A DNA stretch of 64,000 bases, from the NCBI GenBank assembly GCA_046292385.1, contig JBKBRF010000015.1, forward strand, positions 1 through 64,000. The letters are read 5' to 3'. The notes beneath the pieces are model-generated. The model ran no database searches and had not been told where the DNA came from. It was given only the letters and a program-made list of their open reading frames with translations. Below, in pieces: positions 27,897 to 37,693 of this stretch (the stretch's first letter is position 1; the number at the start of each line of letters is the position of its first letter). Source of the DNA: Armatimonadota bacterium. Its GTDB lineage: Bacteria; Armatimonadota; SYMT01. The position numbers and the translations under genes were made by a program.

Positions 27897-30188
27897 ATGC
27901 ACCGGACCACTTCTAGCCAGCCTAATCTCCACCCCCGGTCCAAATGGCGCGCGCTCTGGCGGGGTGTAGGTCGGGCCGCGCCGGTGTGGCTTGGGCTGGG
28001 TCTCCTCCTCTCAGGATGCAGCTGGATCTCGGGGCCGCCGAGGCACGCCGTCCGCCCAGCCGAAGGGCCAGTCCGGCAGACGCCTCCTCCGGGACCGCCC
28101 ACGATCGACGTCGTGTTTGCCGTGGACCAGTCCCAAAGCATGGGGGGCGGCCGGGGGGAGACTGCCACGGATCCCGGCGGGGTTCGGTTCCAGGCGGTCA
28201 AGTACGCCATTGAGAGCCTCCGCCTGAAGGGCAGTCCGGAACAGCCGCACCGGGTCGGCCTGGTCGAGTTCGGGACCGAAGCGCCGGCCGACCTCTCCTA
28301 TCCCGTAGTCCCCGCAACCAGCGAGCGCGATATCCGGAGGATCGAGACGCTGCTGCGCCCGCGCAACCTAGTCTGGACCAACTTCTCCGCTGCGCTGGAG
28401 CGGGCCGCCGGGCTGTTGGACGCCGCCGGCTCCTTCTCTGCCAACCACCGGCCGGCGGTCGTGGTGCTCACGGACGGCACTCCTGAAGATCCCCGGAAGC
28501 TATCCAAGGAACAGTACTTCTCGGAGATCGAGCAACTTATCCAGGACAAGTTGACCGGCCGTGGCTGCTCCGTTTACCTGGTGGCAGTCGACACGACCGG
28601 GCACTTCTGGCCAGAGGATCGCGCCGCGTGGGAGAGAACGACGGGCGGGCGGGCTTACAGCGTCGCCGACGTGGCCGGGCTCAAGGAGAAGTTCAACGAC
28701 ATCGTCCGGGACATTCTCCAGCTTCCCGAGCTCCCTAAGGATGAACTGAAGCCCGGCCAGTCGACGTTCGAGGTGGGTCCTTACCTGGACCAGCTCGAGT
28801 TCCACAACTTGGGCGATGGAGGCGAGGGGCTGCGACTCCTCGACCCTTCAGGACGCGCGGTCGTGCCGGAGCTGTGGCAGAGCCCCGACTACCGCATCTT
28901 AACGGTCCTGCACCCGGCGGCGGGGCGATGGACCTATGAGCTACCTCCCGGATCCCGGCCCGCGACCATCTACCGGAATGAGGTTCCCGTTCGACCGGCA
29001 CTGCTGCTTCCCCGGTCCACCCATCCGGCGGGCAAAGCACTGCGCATCTCGGCACAGGTGCACTACGCCGACGGCACTCCGCTCATAGAACTTCCTGAGT
29101 ATCCGGTCCGGGTGACCGCCCGGGTGACCCCGGACAGCGGCCAGCCGCAGCACCTGACGCTGCGTCCCGAGGGTGGCGGGAAGTATGCTAGTGATCTAGC
29201 GTTGACGCTCGGCTCCGATGTTGGACCCGTGGCCGTCGATGTGGTCCTCCATGCCGGTACGAGCCGGGAGTATACCTCCACCACTCGGGTCACACGTGCC
29301 GCCGAGCCGTACTTCGAGGTATTCCTGCAGAGCGGCGGACTCCTGCAGCACTACTCGGACTTCCTGTCGGTGACCGCCGAATTGAGGAAGCAGGGTGCTC
29401 CGGTAGCCGGCGAAGAGGTGTTCCAGAGCCCGACCGCCGTCATCCGCGCCCAATTGACCGGATCTCCGGGAGGCGAGAACTCCCAGTCCGTGTGGCTCGA
29501 TCCGGTTCCGGGAAAGCGAGGAACCTACGCGGCCTCCATTCCCACGCCAGTACGGCGCGCCGGTCGATATACCGTGACCTACGAAGTGGGTGCTGCGGAT
29601 GCCAGCGACGGGCGCAGGATCGAATACTCGGAACCAGTCACCCTCCAGGTGACCCCGACCTGGATCGATCGCGCCCTCGTCGGGGGTGAGGTGGTGGCGA
29701 TCGTCTTGCTCGCCATCGCGGGTGCCCTGGCCGTCGTGCTGCTCGGGACGGTCGTCTGGGCCCTCCGGCTGAAGCGGATGCCTGGCGGCACCCTTGTGGT
29801 CTCCTACGAGCCAGCGGCTCCCGCGCCGCGTAAGGTGAAAACCGCAAGAACTAAGGCCAGCCCGAATGCGGGGCTGGGCGAGCTTCTCTCTGGCGCTGCT
29901 TCCGCCGCCAGCCCTTCCACTCCCTCCAAGACGAAGCCCGTCGTGTCTCGCTACCGGCTTTCACGCCGCTTCCTGGCATGCCGCCCGGGGAGATTCTTCT
30001 TCGTCTATGGGCAAGGCCCAGCTAGGCTCCGGGGGAAGGGAGCCCATCTGGGGCAGACGGACCTGAGCAAGCAGGTATACGTCATCCGGTACTTCCGGTT
30101 CCCCTTTATCTTTCCGCTCTGCTTGACCAAGAAGGTTGAGAGCGGGAGCATCGTCAAGGTGGACGATCACACGCTGTCGTTCACGTAG
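27897..30188 (+). CDS. vWA-domain membrane-anchored (lipo)protein
   Basis: LLLSGC lipobox; MIDAS DQSQS...T...LTDG; beta-rich middle; C-terminal TM helix. Confidence 0.85.
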   Translation: MHRTTSSQPNLHPRSKWRALWRGVGRAAPVWLGLGLLLSGCSWISGPPRHAVRPAEGPVRQTPPPGPPTIDVVFAVDQSQSMGGGRGETATDPGGVRFQAVKYAIESLRLKGSPEQPHRVGLVEFGTEAPADLSYPVVPATSERDIRRIETLLRPRNLVWTNFSAALERAAGLLDAAGSFSANHRPAVVVLTDGTPEDPRKLSKEQYFSEIEQLIQDKLTGRGCSVYLVAVDTTGHFWPEDRAAWERTTGGRAYSVADVAGLKEKFNDIVRDILQLPELPKDELKPGQSTFEVGPYLDQLEFHNLGDGGEGLRLLDPSGRAVVPELWQSPDYRILTVLHPAAGRWTYELPPGSRPATIYRNEVPVRPALLLPRSTHPAGKALRISAQVHYADGTPLIELPEYPVRVTARVTPDSGQPQHLTLRPEGGGKYASDLALTLGSDVGPVAVDVVLHAGTSREYTSTTRVTRAAEPYFEVFLQSGGLLQHYSDFLSVTAELRKQGAPVAGEEVFQSPTAVIRAQLTGSPGGENSQSVWLDPVPGKRGTYAASIPTPVRRAGRYTVTYEVGAADASDGRRIEYSEPVTLQVTPTWIDRALVGGEVVAIVLLAIAGALAVVLLGTVVWALRLKRMPGGTLVVSYEPAAPAPRKVKTARTKASPNAGLGELLSGAASAASPSTPSKTKPVVSRYRLSRRFLACRPGRFFFVYGQGPARLRGKGAHLGQTDLSKQVYVIRYFRFPFIFPLCLTKKVESGSIVKVDDHTLSFT

Positions 30189-30205
30189 TGGAGGAAGAGG
30201 TAGCT

Positions 30206-33200
30206 ATGGCTCGCGGTACGCTCGTCATCAGTTGCGGAGGCGCCGGTAAAGGGGTCCTCAACTTCGTGAAGCAGGCGCTTCGCGACCGGTACGGCTCCGT
30301 TCAGGCCGCCGGGACCGTCCTCCTCGCCATCGACGGTCCCCCGCCGGAAGCGGACGGGGTCTACAAGCTTGCAGATGGAAGCTCCCTCAGCTCCAACGCC
30401 GCTGATGGAGAGTTCTACGGGCTGACTCAAAACCCGCAGGTCATCTTCGACGCCATCGACTTGAAATCTCCGTGCTCGGAAGACGCGTTTCCGTTCGTGG
30501 CACAGCGGATCCCGCAGGCCGACGCCCACGAGATCCGCAATAAGGTTCCGGGGATGGCCCCGGCATCCGGGATGGGCGGCTGCCGGCCGGTGGGGCACGC
30601 GAACCTCTGCATGGAGGCGCCCCAGCTGCAGGGTGCGATCAGTTCCGCGCTAGCCCGCGTGCGGCCCCTGGTGCCTCAGGGCGATTCCACCCCGGATGGA
30701 CAGCATGTTAACCAGACGAACATCTTCCTGGTTGGATGCCAATTCGGAGGGACTGGTGCCGGCCAGTTGGTCGACGTCGCCCAAGTCATCCGCAGCCAGA
30801 TGCAGGCGAACGAGCGCTTGATTCTGGTGCTGATCTTGCCGGATGCCTTCGATAGCGTGCTCCGCCCGAAGAGCCCGACTCGCGGGTATGCGGATGCCAA
30901 GGCCTACTGCGGGCTGCGCGAGTTTGTGCGGATGCGGCGGTCCCTCGGCGTGATGGACACAATCGAGTACTCACCTGGAGTGGTGACGCCCTACTCGCAC
31001 CTCTTCGATCTCTGCTTCCTGGTGGACGGCAAGTCGGGAGCCCTCGACCTCTCGACTCGAAAACCTATGGTGGGCGTGCTACCGGCGGTCGGGGACGCCG
31101 TGACTAGCATGATCCTCGATGGGGTCTATACCTCGACGCAGCTCATCGACTGGACCTCCCGGAGTACGGTGGTCAAGCATTATAGCACTGTCGGCTCCCA
31201 CACCTGGGTGTTCCCGGCGGAGCGGTTGATCAAGGACCAGGCCCTCCAATTTGCGGAGACGGTTTACCAGCATATCCTTCAGGAAGGCGATGCCGCCCGG
31301 CTGGCCGCGCAGCGCACGGATTCGCTGATGAACAGCACCCTGTTCACGCAGTTGGCGCTCGACCTGAGTCATTACCGCGAACTGCCGACGGCCCCTGACC
31401 AGTGGCGCGCTCTTCGGCCGCGCCTGACCGTTCCGATCACGGCGCCGGAGTGGCCCCAGTCGCCGGGCCACGAGTGCTTGAGCCTTCCCGTGGAAGTGAA
31501 GACAAGCGGCGCGTTTTGGGGTCCCTCAAACGCGGATGTCAAGGAAGACACCGACGAGCAACTATTGCGCTACCTGGGACAGCCTACGGATGCTTACGAG
31601 ACGACGGTCCACGGCTGGTTGAACAACAACAGCTCCATCGTGCAGCGCGTGTTCGTCGATGAGTTACTCCGGTTGATCCGGGACCTGTTCTACGAACGCC
31701 AGCAGGATGGGTCCTTTACCCCACGGCCGCTTTCGCAGCACCCGAATACGATCGTGGAGGCCGCGCACTTCCTGGAGAGCACGAGCCAGATGCTGAGTGG
31801 CATCCAGGCGGCGTTTACTCGCGACCTTCAGGAGAAGGGGATGGTCCCCGATCCGGAGCGCCCCGGTCAGGCGATTGCCATCTCCACGCTGGCGCGGCGG
31901 CGGGTGGACAAGATCGGAGCCCAGATGGGGTCGGGTCGTGACCGCGGCTTGCAGCAAGAGTACATCGCGGCCAGCCAGGTCTACCTGGAAGCCCGGCTCT
32001 GGGAACTGCTCATGGACGGCGCGAAGCGGCTCGCCGGCGACCTCATCGAGTTGGTGAAGGTGAGCTGGGGCTGGGTTGGGGACGCGGCATCCGGCTGGCA
32101 GACCTACCTTCGCGACGTCTGCCTCAAAGCGGTTCAGGCGGAGCGGACGAAGCTCCGGAGCGTGGCCGCGGAGGAGGACCGGATCGCCTGCCGCACGACC
32201 TATCCGCGGGCGGGAAGCATCGCGGAACGAGAGTTGTTCCGGCAAATCGTTTCGCAGCTCGACCTCGTCCCGAGCGCTCTCCAGCTCCTGAGCTGGGAAC
32301 TGACGGATGTACAGCCGACCGGCGATCCCAAACGCGACCTGGAGGGATGCCAGCTCCTCCTCCGGAGCGGGATCATTCCTCCATCCGAGACGAACCACCA
32401 GATGGTGGTCACTCGAGACCTCATCCAGGGCGACACCCGGAAGGTTCAGCTCTCCACCCACAGTCCCGAGCATATCCGGGCTTATGGGGCGCAGCACATC
32501 CGCCCCCACATCAGCCAACTGTCCATCTGGGATGGTCTCTACGTTTCCTACCGGCACGGATGGCTGCGAAAGCGAGGTGCACAGGATGACGCACAGCTGC
32601 GGCACGAGTTCATTCAGAAGTCCGTTCAGTGGCTCCGGGACCAGAGCGGTGTCCTCCTCCGCAACGCACAGGGTGCCGACCAGCCGGTCTTCTGCTTCTC
32701 GAACTTCATTTCTGACGATACCGAGGTCGGGCAGTTCGCCGCGGCATTCGAGCAGGAGCTGCAGGCCTCAATGGGCGGCGTTCACCGGTTACCCGAATTG
32801 AAGCGGGAACTGCGGGTCCTCAATTTCCAGCACGGCCTCGACTTCACCGCTTGGAGCTATCTCGATTCGGCTCGCCAGAACTATGAGGCGCACAACACCG
32901 CCAAGGAGCTGCCGCCGGTTCACATCTACTGCAACGAGCGCTATGCCTACGAAATCGAGGGCACGATCGCGACGAAGATCAAGTTCGCACAGCGCGCACC
33001 ATTGTCTCCCAAGGTGACGTGTCTCATGACCGATCCCGCGGCACTGGAAACGTTCCTCCTCGGCTACGCGGCGGATCTGTTCGACCGGCTCGACGATCCG
33101 CAGTACCCGAATACCTTCCCATACCTAGGAATCGAACAGCCGCGGCGCATCTCCCTCGGCCGCCGAACTCACTGGGACGAAGTACTGCGCCGCTATCTCG

Positions 33201-33460
33201 CGAAGGCGGGACAGTCCGCACAAGATGCGCGAACAGTTCGCGAGACGATCGATCAGCGGCTGAAGAATAAGATGATCACCCTGAAAACGGCCGACGAGCA
33301 AAAGCAGTTCTTCACGGATCTGCTCGCTAGGGCGGGTGCACCCGATCTGTTCGCGACGGATTCGGCCACATCGGACGCGAATACTCCCTGGGACGAGTGG
33401 CGGGATGTACTCGCGGCAGTCGTCCACGGCCGAGCCCAGATGTACGGGATTGCCCTCTAA
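30206..33460 (+). CDS. Tubulin/FtsZ-like GTPase (Tubulin_2/FtsZ-like family) with long C-terminal extension
   Basis: GGAGKGV, AID, GMGGCRPVG, GGTGAG tubulin-signature variant; adjacent to the vWA gene. Confidence 0.85.
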   Translation: MARGTLVISCGGAGKGVLNFVKQALRDRYGSVQAAGTVLLAIDGPPPEADGVYKLADGSSLSSNAADGEFYGLTQNPQVIFDAIDLKSPCSEDAFPFVAQRIPQADAHEIRNKVPGMAPASGMGGCRPVGHANLCMEAPQLQGAISSALARVRPLVPQGDSTPDGQHVNQTNIFLVGCQFGGTGAGQLVDVAQVIRSQMQANERLILVLILPDAFDSVLRPKSPTRGYADAKAYCGLREFVRMRRSLGVMDTIEYSPGVVTPYSHLFDLCFLVDGKSGALDLSTRKPMVGVLPAVGDAVTSMILDGVYTSTQLIDWTSRSTVVKHYSTVGSHTWVFPAERLIKDQALQFAETVYQHILQEGDAARLAAQRTDSLMNSTLFTQLALDLSHYRELPTAPDQWRALRPRLTVPITAPEWPQSPGHECLSLPVEVKTSGAFWGPSNADVKEDTDEQLLRYLGQPTDAYETTVHGWLNNNSSIVQRVFVDELLRLIRDLFYERQQDGSFTPRPLSQHPNTIVEAAHFLESTSQMLSGIQAAFTRDLQEKGMVPDPERPGQAIAISTLARRRVDKIGAQMGSGRDRGLQQEYIAASQVYLEARLWELLMDGAKRLAGDLIELVKVSWGWVGDAASGWQTYLRDVCLKAVQAERTKLRSVAAEEDRIACRTTYPRAGSIAERELFRQIVSQLDLVPSALQLLSWELTDVQPTGDPKRDLEGCQLLLRSGIIPPSETNHQMVVTRDLIQGDTRKVQLSTHSPEHIRAYGAQHIRPHISQLSIWDGLYVSYRHGWLRKRGAQDDAQLRHEFIQKSVQWLRDQSGVLLRNAQGADQPVFCFSNFISDDTEVGQFAAAFEQELQASMGGVHRLPELKRELRVLNFQHGLDFTAWSYLDSARQNYEAHNTAKELPPVHIYCNERYAYEIEGTIATKIKFAQRAPLSPKVTCLMTDPAALETFLLGYAADLFDRLDDPQYPNTFPYLGIEQPRRISLGRRTHWDEVLRRYLAKAGQSAQDARTVRETIDQRLKNKMITLKTADEQKQFFTDLLARAGAPDLFATDSATSDANTPWDEWRDVLAAVVHGRAQMYGIAL

Positions 33461-33470
33461 AAAGCAACGG

Positions 33471-33544
33471 TCTCTCCGAACCGAGGGCCGCGTTAGGCGG
33501 AGAGATGAAGTTGGGCAGTCTCAGGCGTTCGCCTGAGACTGCCC
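33471..33544 (+). terminator. Double hairpin at the end of the vWA-tubulin operon
   Basis: TCTCTCCG/CGGAGAGA (33471-33505) and perfect 14-bp stem GGGCAGTCTCAGGC-GTTC-GCCTGAGACTGCCC (33513-33544); no U tract. Confidence 0.5.
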
Positions 33545-33859
33545 CATGGATGAGGCGCTGTGCCGCCTAATTAGTCGTGCTCTTCATTTTCTTACGCGAA
33601 ACCGGGATCCCGCTGCCAGCCGACCGGTAACCGGGCGAGCTTCCGCAGGTGGTTCCGCGCTGCTTGCGCCGTACGCTTGTATAGCTAAGCGTCTTGGATC
33701 CGCGGTCGCTTGGCTGCTACACACCTCTCTGCCCGTCCTATCTTGAAGTCGCAGGGGTGCGCAAATCACGCCTCACGTGCGCCATCGAGCACTGGCGCAC
33801 CCTGGGGTCCGTGCCTGGTCGGCTACTCCTGAGAAGCAAGTCAGGTGGCAAGAGGCAAC

Positions 33860-34445
33860 AGTTCGAACATCGTCCCACCCGGGCCGCCAGTTGGGACGAT
33901 TCGGGAATTGGGAGGCCAGGTCGAACGGCTTTACAGCTTCGAAATCGAGTACTCCCCTGCGAGTCGGTAGTTCGAACCGACAATTCTCAGCAGCCGGCGA
34001 ACTTCGACGTCTGCACCATTCCGCAGTATCTCCGAAGATTTATTACAGGGGCGGATGAACCGGTCACCACCTCCCTGGTGTCGATCAGAGGGAGTTCGAA
34101 CGCCGCCAGGTCCTGCTGACTCGTCATCCGCTGCAGCGTCAGCTCTTCTCGTCCCACCGTGAACTCCAGGTCATCGATCTGCCCGGAGAGCCGGAGGTCG
34201 AGCATGGTCTGCTGGCGGCGCTCCACTTCGGCGGGTCGCCTTGCGAGCAGCGGACGTAGATCGACGGCGCTCCCGCGTTTGCTTCGGGAGAGTGCCTCGG
34301 GGGACTCGCGGAGCCACTCAACGAGGGTAGGGTCGAGCCGGAGGTGCTCACTCACTCCAAGAGCAAATCGCTCCTGCCGATGCTCTTGGCGGAGGTAGCG
34401 CTCAGGGCAAGGACCGCGACTATGGCTGCAGTGGTAGTAGTGACG
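33860..34445 (-). pseudogene. C-terminal remnant of a large serine recombinase (frameshifted, 5' part lost)
   Basis: YYHCSHSRGPCPERY, MLDLRLSGQI, LLRIVGSNYR and DFEAVKPF align with YYRCSRRRGDCQEPY, LLDLRLGGHL, LLRMVGSNYR and DFEPVEPF of 48013..49578, across frameshifts. Confidence 0.8.
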
Positions 34446-35518
34446 AAGTATCAGCTGCTCCCCCGCCGGTGTGGGTGCTGCCGACGGCGGACCTGGGCGA
34501 CGTTCCCTGTGGGCGCGGGCCGGCGCTGCGTTGGCCCGCGGGTGCAGGCGGTCGCGGCGCTCCTCTCGCGCGCTTGCCGGCTCCCGCGGCGTCAGGTCCA
34601 GGCGCTCCTGCACGACCTTTTCGGCGTCCGGCTGTCGCTGGGCACGCTCTCCGCACTCGAGAGGGACACCGCGCGGGCTCTCGCCGCCCCGTACCATGAA
34701 GTAGCCGCCGCGGTGCCGCAGGCGGAGGTGGTGGGCGTCGACGAGACGAGCTGGCGCGAGGCGGGGATACTCCACTGGCTGTGGACGGCCGTGACGCGAG
34801 ACTTCGCTTGCTATCGCCTGGACCGCCATCGGAGCCGGGCGGCGTATGAAGCGCTGATGCAGGGCGGGAAGCCACCCGGAGCGGGCGAGCGCCGGAAGCC
34901 GCCTGCCACACGCGGCGGTCCGGTGGTGATCTCGGACCGCTATAGCGCCTACTCCCACCTGCCGCCCGCGCGGCGCTCTTTGTGCTGGGCACATCTCGCG
35001 CGAGACTTCCGGGCGGCGCACGAGCGCGGTGGGATCGACGCGGTGGTGGGCGGCTGGGCCCTGGAAGTCGTGGGACAGATCCTGACGCCGTGGCACCGCT
35101 ATCGGGCGGGCGAGCTGACGCGGGAGGCGTTCCTCGCCGACATGGCGGCGCAGCAGGAAGAGCTGCGGACGCCGCTGCGCTGGGGCAGCGAACACGGGTC
35201 GCGCCCGACGCGGGCGCTCTGTAACGACCTGCTGGACCGGTGGGAGTCGCTCTGGACCTGGCTCACCGTGGAAGGCGGAGAGCCCACCAATAATGCCGCC
35301 GAGCGCGCCCTGCGCTCCGCGGTGCTGTGGCGCAAAGGCAGCTTCGGACACCAGTCCGAAGCCGGCGCGCAGTTCGTGGAGCGCATTCTTACCACCGTCA
35401 CCAGGCTCCGCCTCCAGGGCCGCCACGTCTGGGACTATCTCGTCCGCACCTGCGAAGCCGCCGCCCACGACCAGCCCGCCCCCAGCCTCTTACCCCAAGC
35501 AGGTAGCTGAACGATTAC
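34436..35518 (+). mobile_element. 5'-truncated IS66-family (ISBst12-like) element; transposase ends at 35510
   Basis: VDETSW, ISDRYSAY, CWAHLARDF, TNNAAERALR; terminal CTGAACGATTAC. Confidence 0.85.
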
Positions 35519-35578
35519 CCCGTGAGCGCGAGGATCTCTTGCGGCCGCTGCTCCAAATGTCGTCGCAGTGAGGCCAAG
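35519..35578 (-). pseudogene. Displaced 3' end of the ISAs1 transposase
   Basis: Removing 35579-39489 restores the in-frame reading ...GWKSLASLRRHLEQRPQEILALTG. Confidence 0.75.
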
Positions 35579-35616
35579 TGTCACCGCCTGTGAAAAAATG
35601 GCTCTCCCGCCATTTT

Positions 35617-37641
35617 GATACTGCTGGCGAACCGTTAGCCCTCGGTTGGTAAGCTCAAGTTACCGCCGTCATCATCCGGCTAAAGGCGCTCCGTCGGGTC
35701 TTTGCCAAGGGCACTTCCGCGAGCCACTGGGCCACCCGGTAGAAGTTCAGCGCGGTCGCGGTGAGCAGGTGTTGGAGCCGCGTCTTGGCGAGACCCAGGT
35801 AGCGACAGCGCCGCAGGCCGCACCGTCGCAACCCTTGGGAGAGCGTTCCTTCTACTCCGGCGCGGAGCGCGTAGGTCTCTTTGAAAGTTGTCGTCGTCTC
35901 TCGGACCCGGGCCGCCCGCAACGCCTCGTATTCAGCTTGCGTACGGAGCGTCACGGTCCGGCGAGCGACCTTGGAGCGGGTGCATTGCTCGCGACACGGG
36001 CATCTCCCACAGTCGCGCGTCGCGAAGCCGATCTTGATCACGGGAGTGCCCCGACGATCCACCACCGGATTCCACTTCGAGCTCCGCTTCCCCTGGGGAC
36101 AGGTCGCGTACTCTTCCTCCCAGTCCACGACGAAGTCGCTGGCGGCGAAGCCAGCTCCGGCCCGAGCTTGCCACCGGTAGTCGCCGCGGGTAGGTCCGAC
36201 CAGGTCGACCCCGAAAATCTCCCGACTGCTGATGAACAGCCCCGCATCGAGGTAGCCGGTATCCACGATTTGCTGGTCCGGGAGCAAGTCGCGGGTTTGG
36301 AGCTCCGCCTGGATGACGGGCGTGAGGTCCCCATCGGCGACGGGAGCCGGCGTCGTCTGCACTGCGGTAATGAGGTGGGGTGCATCGGCCTCACAGGTCT
36401 CGGTCAGATGCACTTTGTAGCCTTCCCACTGCGTCGTGCCTTTCACGCCGTAGCGAGCATCCGGGTCATAGGGTGTCCCGAGGAACCCGCTGGCCGGAGG
36501 GATCTCCGCATTGGTCCGCCAGCGCACCGAGCATTCTGCGCCGACAGCGGGGGGTTCGCGGTGGTAGTTCTGGACCCATACCTGACGCAGCGTCTCCACG
36601 GCGGGCAACTCCCGGAGCCACGCCGGAGCCGTCTCGGCGGTCACCGCCAGGAGTAAGGTATAGCCATCCCGACCGATGCGAGTGGCCAGCACTTCCCGTG
36701 CGGCGGGCTCCTTCGGCAAGCGCTCGTCATCGAAGCGGCGGGCGTACGACTGCGCCCACTCGGGCGGACAGAGCGGCCGCAGCCACTCCGGGGCCACGGT
36801 CGCCAGCACATTCAGGGCATGCCGCAGCGTCTCGCCGACCGCTTCCAGGCGGTTCATGGCCCGGGCTGCGGCCAGGACGTGCGTGGAATCGGTCCGCTGC
36901 CGGCCTCCCGCCTTCAGCAGATTGCGGGCTCGGAGATGATCCAGGAGGGTTTCGAACAGCAGTAGCTCCGCGGAGCCGGCGATCAGGCGAGTGCGGAACT
37001 CAGACAGGACGGAGGCGTCAAAGCCCGGATCGTCGAGCTCCAGCCCGAGCAAGTACTTCCAGTCCAGGCAGCGGCGGACGGCATCCGCCGCCTGCCGATC
37101 CGAGAGCCCTTCGATGAATTGGAGGATCACGACCAACGCAAGCCGCCAGGGGGCATGCGCCGGTTGACCACAGGGCGGGAACAGCGCGGAGAATTGGGCA
37201 TCGTGAAACAGGGTCCCGAACTCGTCGCGCATGGTGAGATAGGGGTTGCCCTTGGGAAAGGCGGCTTTGGCTACTCGGGCAGTCGCGGCGGGCACGGGCG
37301 TGAACTGGTCTGGGCGCAGGCACATCGCAGAACTCCTTCCCCGGCCTCGGGCCTCCGGGCATCCGGGCCAAGGTAGTCTTTCCCAAAACCTGCTCCGTGC
37401 CCGTACCGGCTTGGGGTGTACGCGTGCAGCGGGCGAGCTGCCAACCACGAGCAAGCGAGCGATAGGCTAGCGTCAGGGGCGGGAGAGCGAACCGGGCGCG
37501 GGGGTGTGGAAGAGCACCCAGCCAGCCAGAGCCACCTGAACCGGGGCAGCCACGTCGGCGCCTCGACCGCCCCGCGCATGTCGCTGCCAAGCACACGAAC
37601 CCCGCCTAGCAAGCACGCGGTAACGGTTCGCCAGCAGTATC
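35617..37641 (-). mobile_element. IS1182-family element with perfect 21-bp IRs and CATTTT target duplication
   Basis: GATACTGCTGGCGAACCGTTA (35617-35637) and its reverse complement (37621-37641); CATTTT at 35611-35616 and 37642-37647. Confidence 0.92.
35655..37325 (-). CDS. IS1182-family transposase
   Basis: LSDRQAADAVR, WKYLLGL, QRTDSTH, YDPDAR, GYKVHLTETC, RAGVEGTLSQ; start set at MCLRP. Confidence 0.93.
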   Translation of the reverse strand: MCLRPDQFTPVPAATARVAKAAFPKGNPYLTMRDEFGTLFHDAQFSALFPPCGQPAHAPWRLALVVILQFIEGLSDRQAADAVRRCLDWKYLLGLELDDPGFDASVLSEFRTRLIAGSAELLLFETLLDHLRARNLLKAGGRQRTDSTHVLAAARAMNRLEAVGETLRHALNVLATVAPEWLRPLCPPEWAQSYARRFDDERLPKEPAAREVLATRIGRDGYTLLLAVTAETAPAWLRELPAVETLRQVWVQNYHREPPAVGAECSVRWRTNAEIPPASGFLGTPYDPDARYGVKGTTQWEGYKVHLTETCEADAPHLITAVQTTPAPVADGDLTPVIQAELQTRDLLPDQQIVDTGYLDAGLFISSREIFGVDLVGPTRGDYRWQARAGAGFAASDFVVDWEEEYATCPQGKRSSKWNPVVDRRGTPVIKIGFATRDCGRCPCREQCTRSKVARRTVTLRTQAEYEALRAARVRETTTTFKETYALRAGVEGTLSQGLRRCGLRRCRYLGLAKTRLQHLLTATALNFYRVAQWLAEVPLAKTRRSAFSRMMTAVT

Positions 37642-37693
37642 CATTTTGGTGACGCAGGTGTCAGGAAGTGCCAGGCGCGTGTAGTCCCAGGGC

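Noticed and set aside
30206..33460. Calling this gene ftsZ
   Set aside because: About 1085 aa, divergent signature and no dcw context; it belongs to the FtsZ-like/Tubulin_2 group
33987..35468. 493-aa minus-strand ORF
   Set aside because: Chimera of the IS66 antisense frame fused to the recombinase remnant; not a real gene
35646..36656. 336-aa plus-strand ORF (likewise 38642..39583 and 31664..32605)
   Set aside because: Antisense shadows of the transposases and the tubulin-like gene
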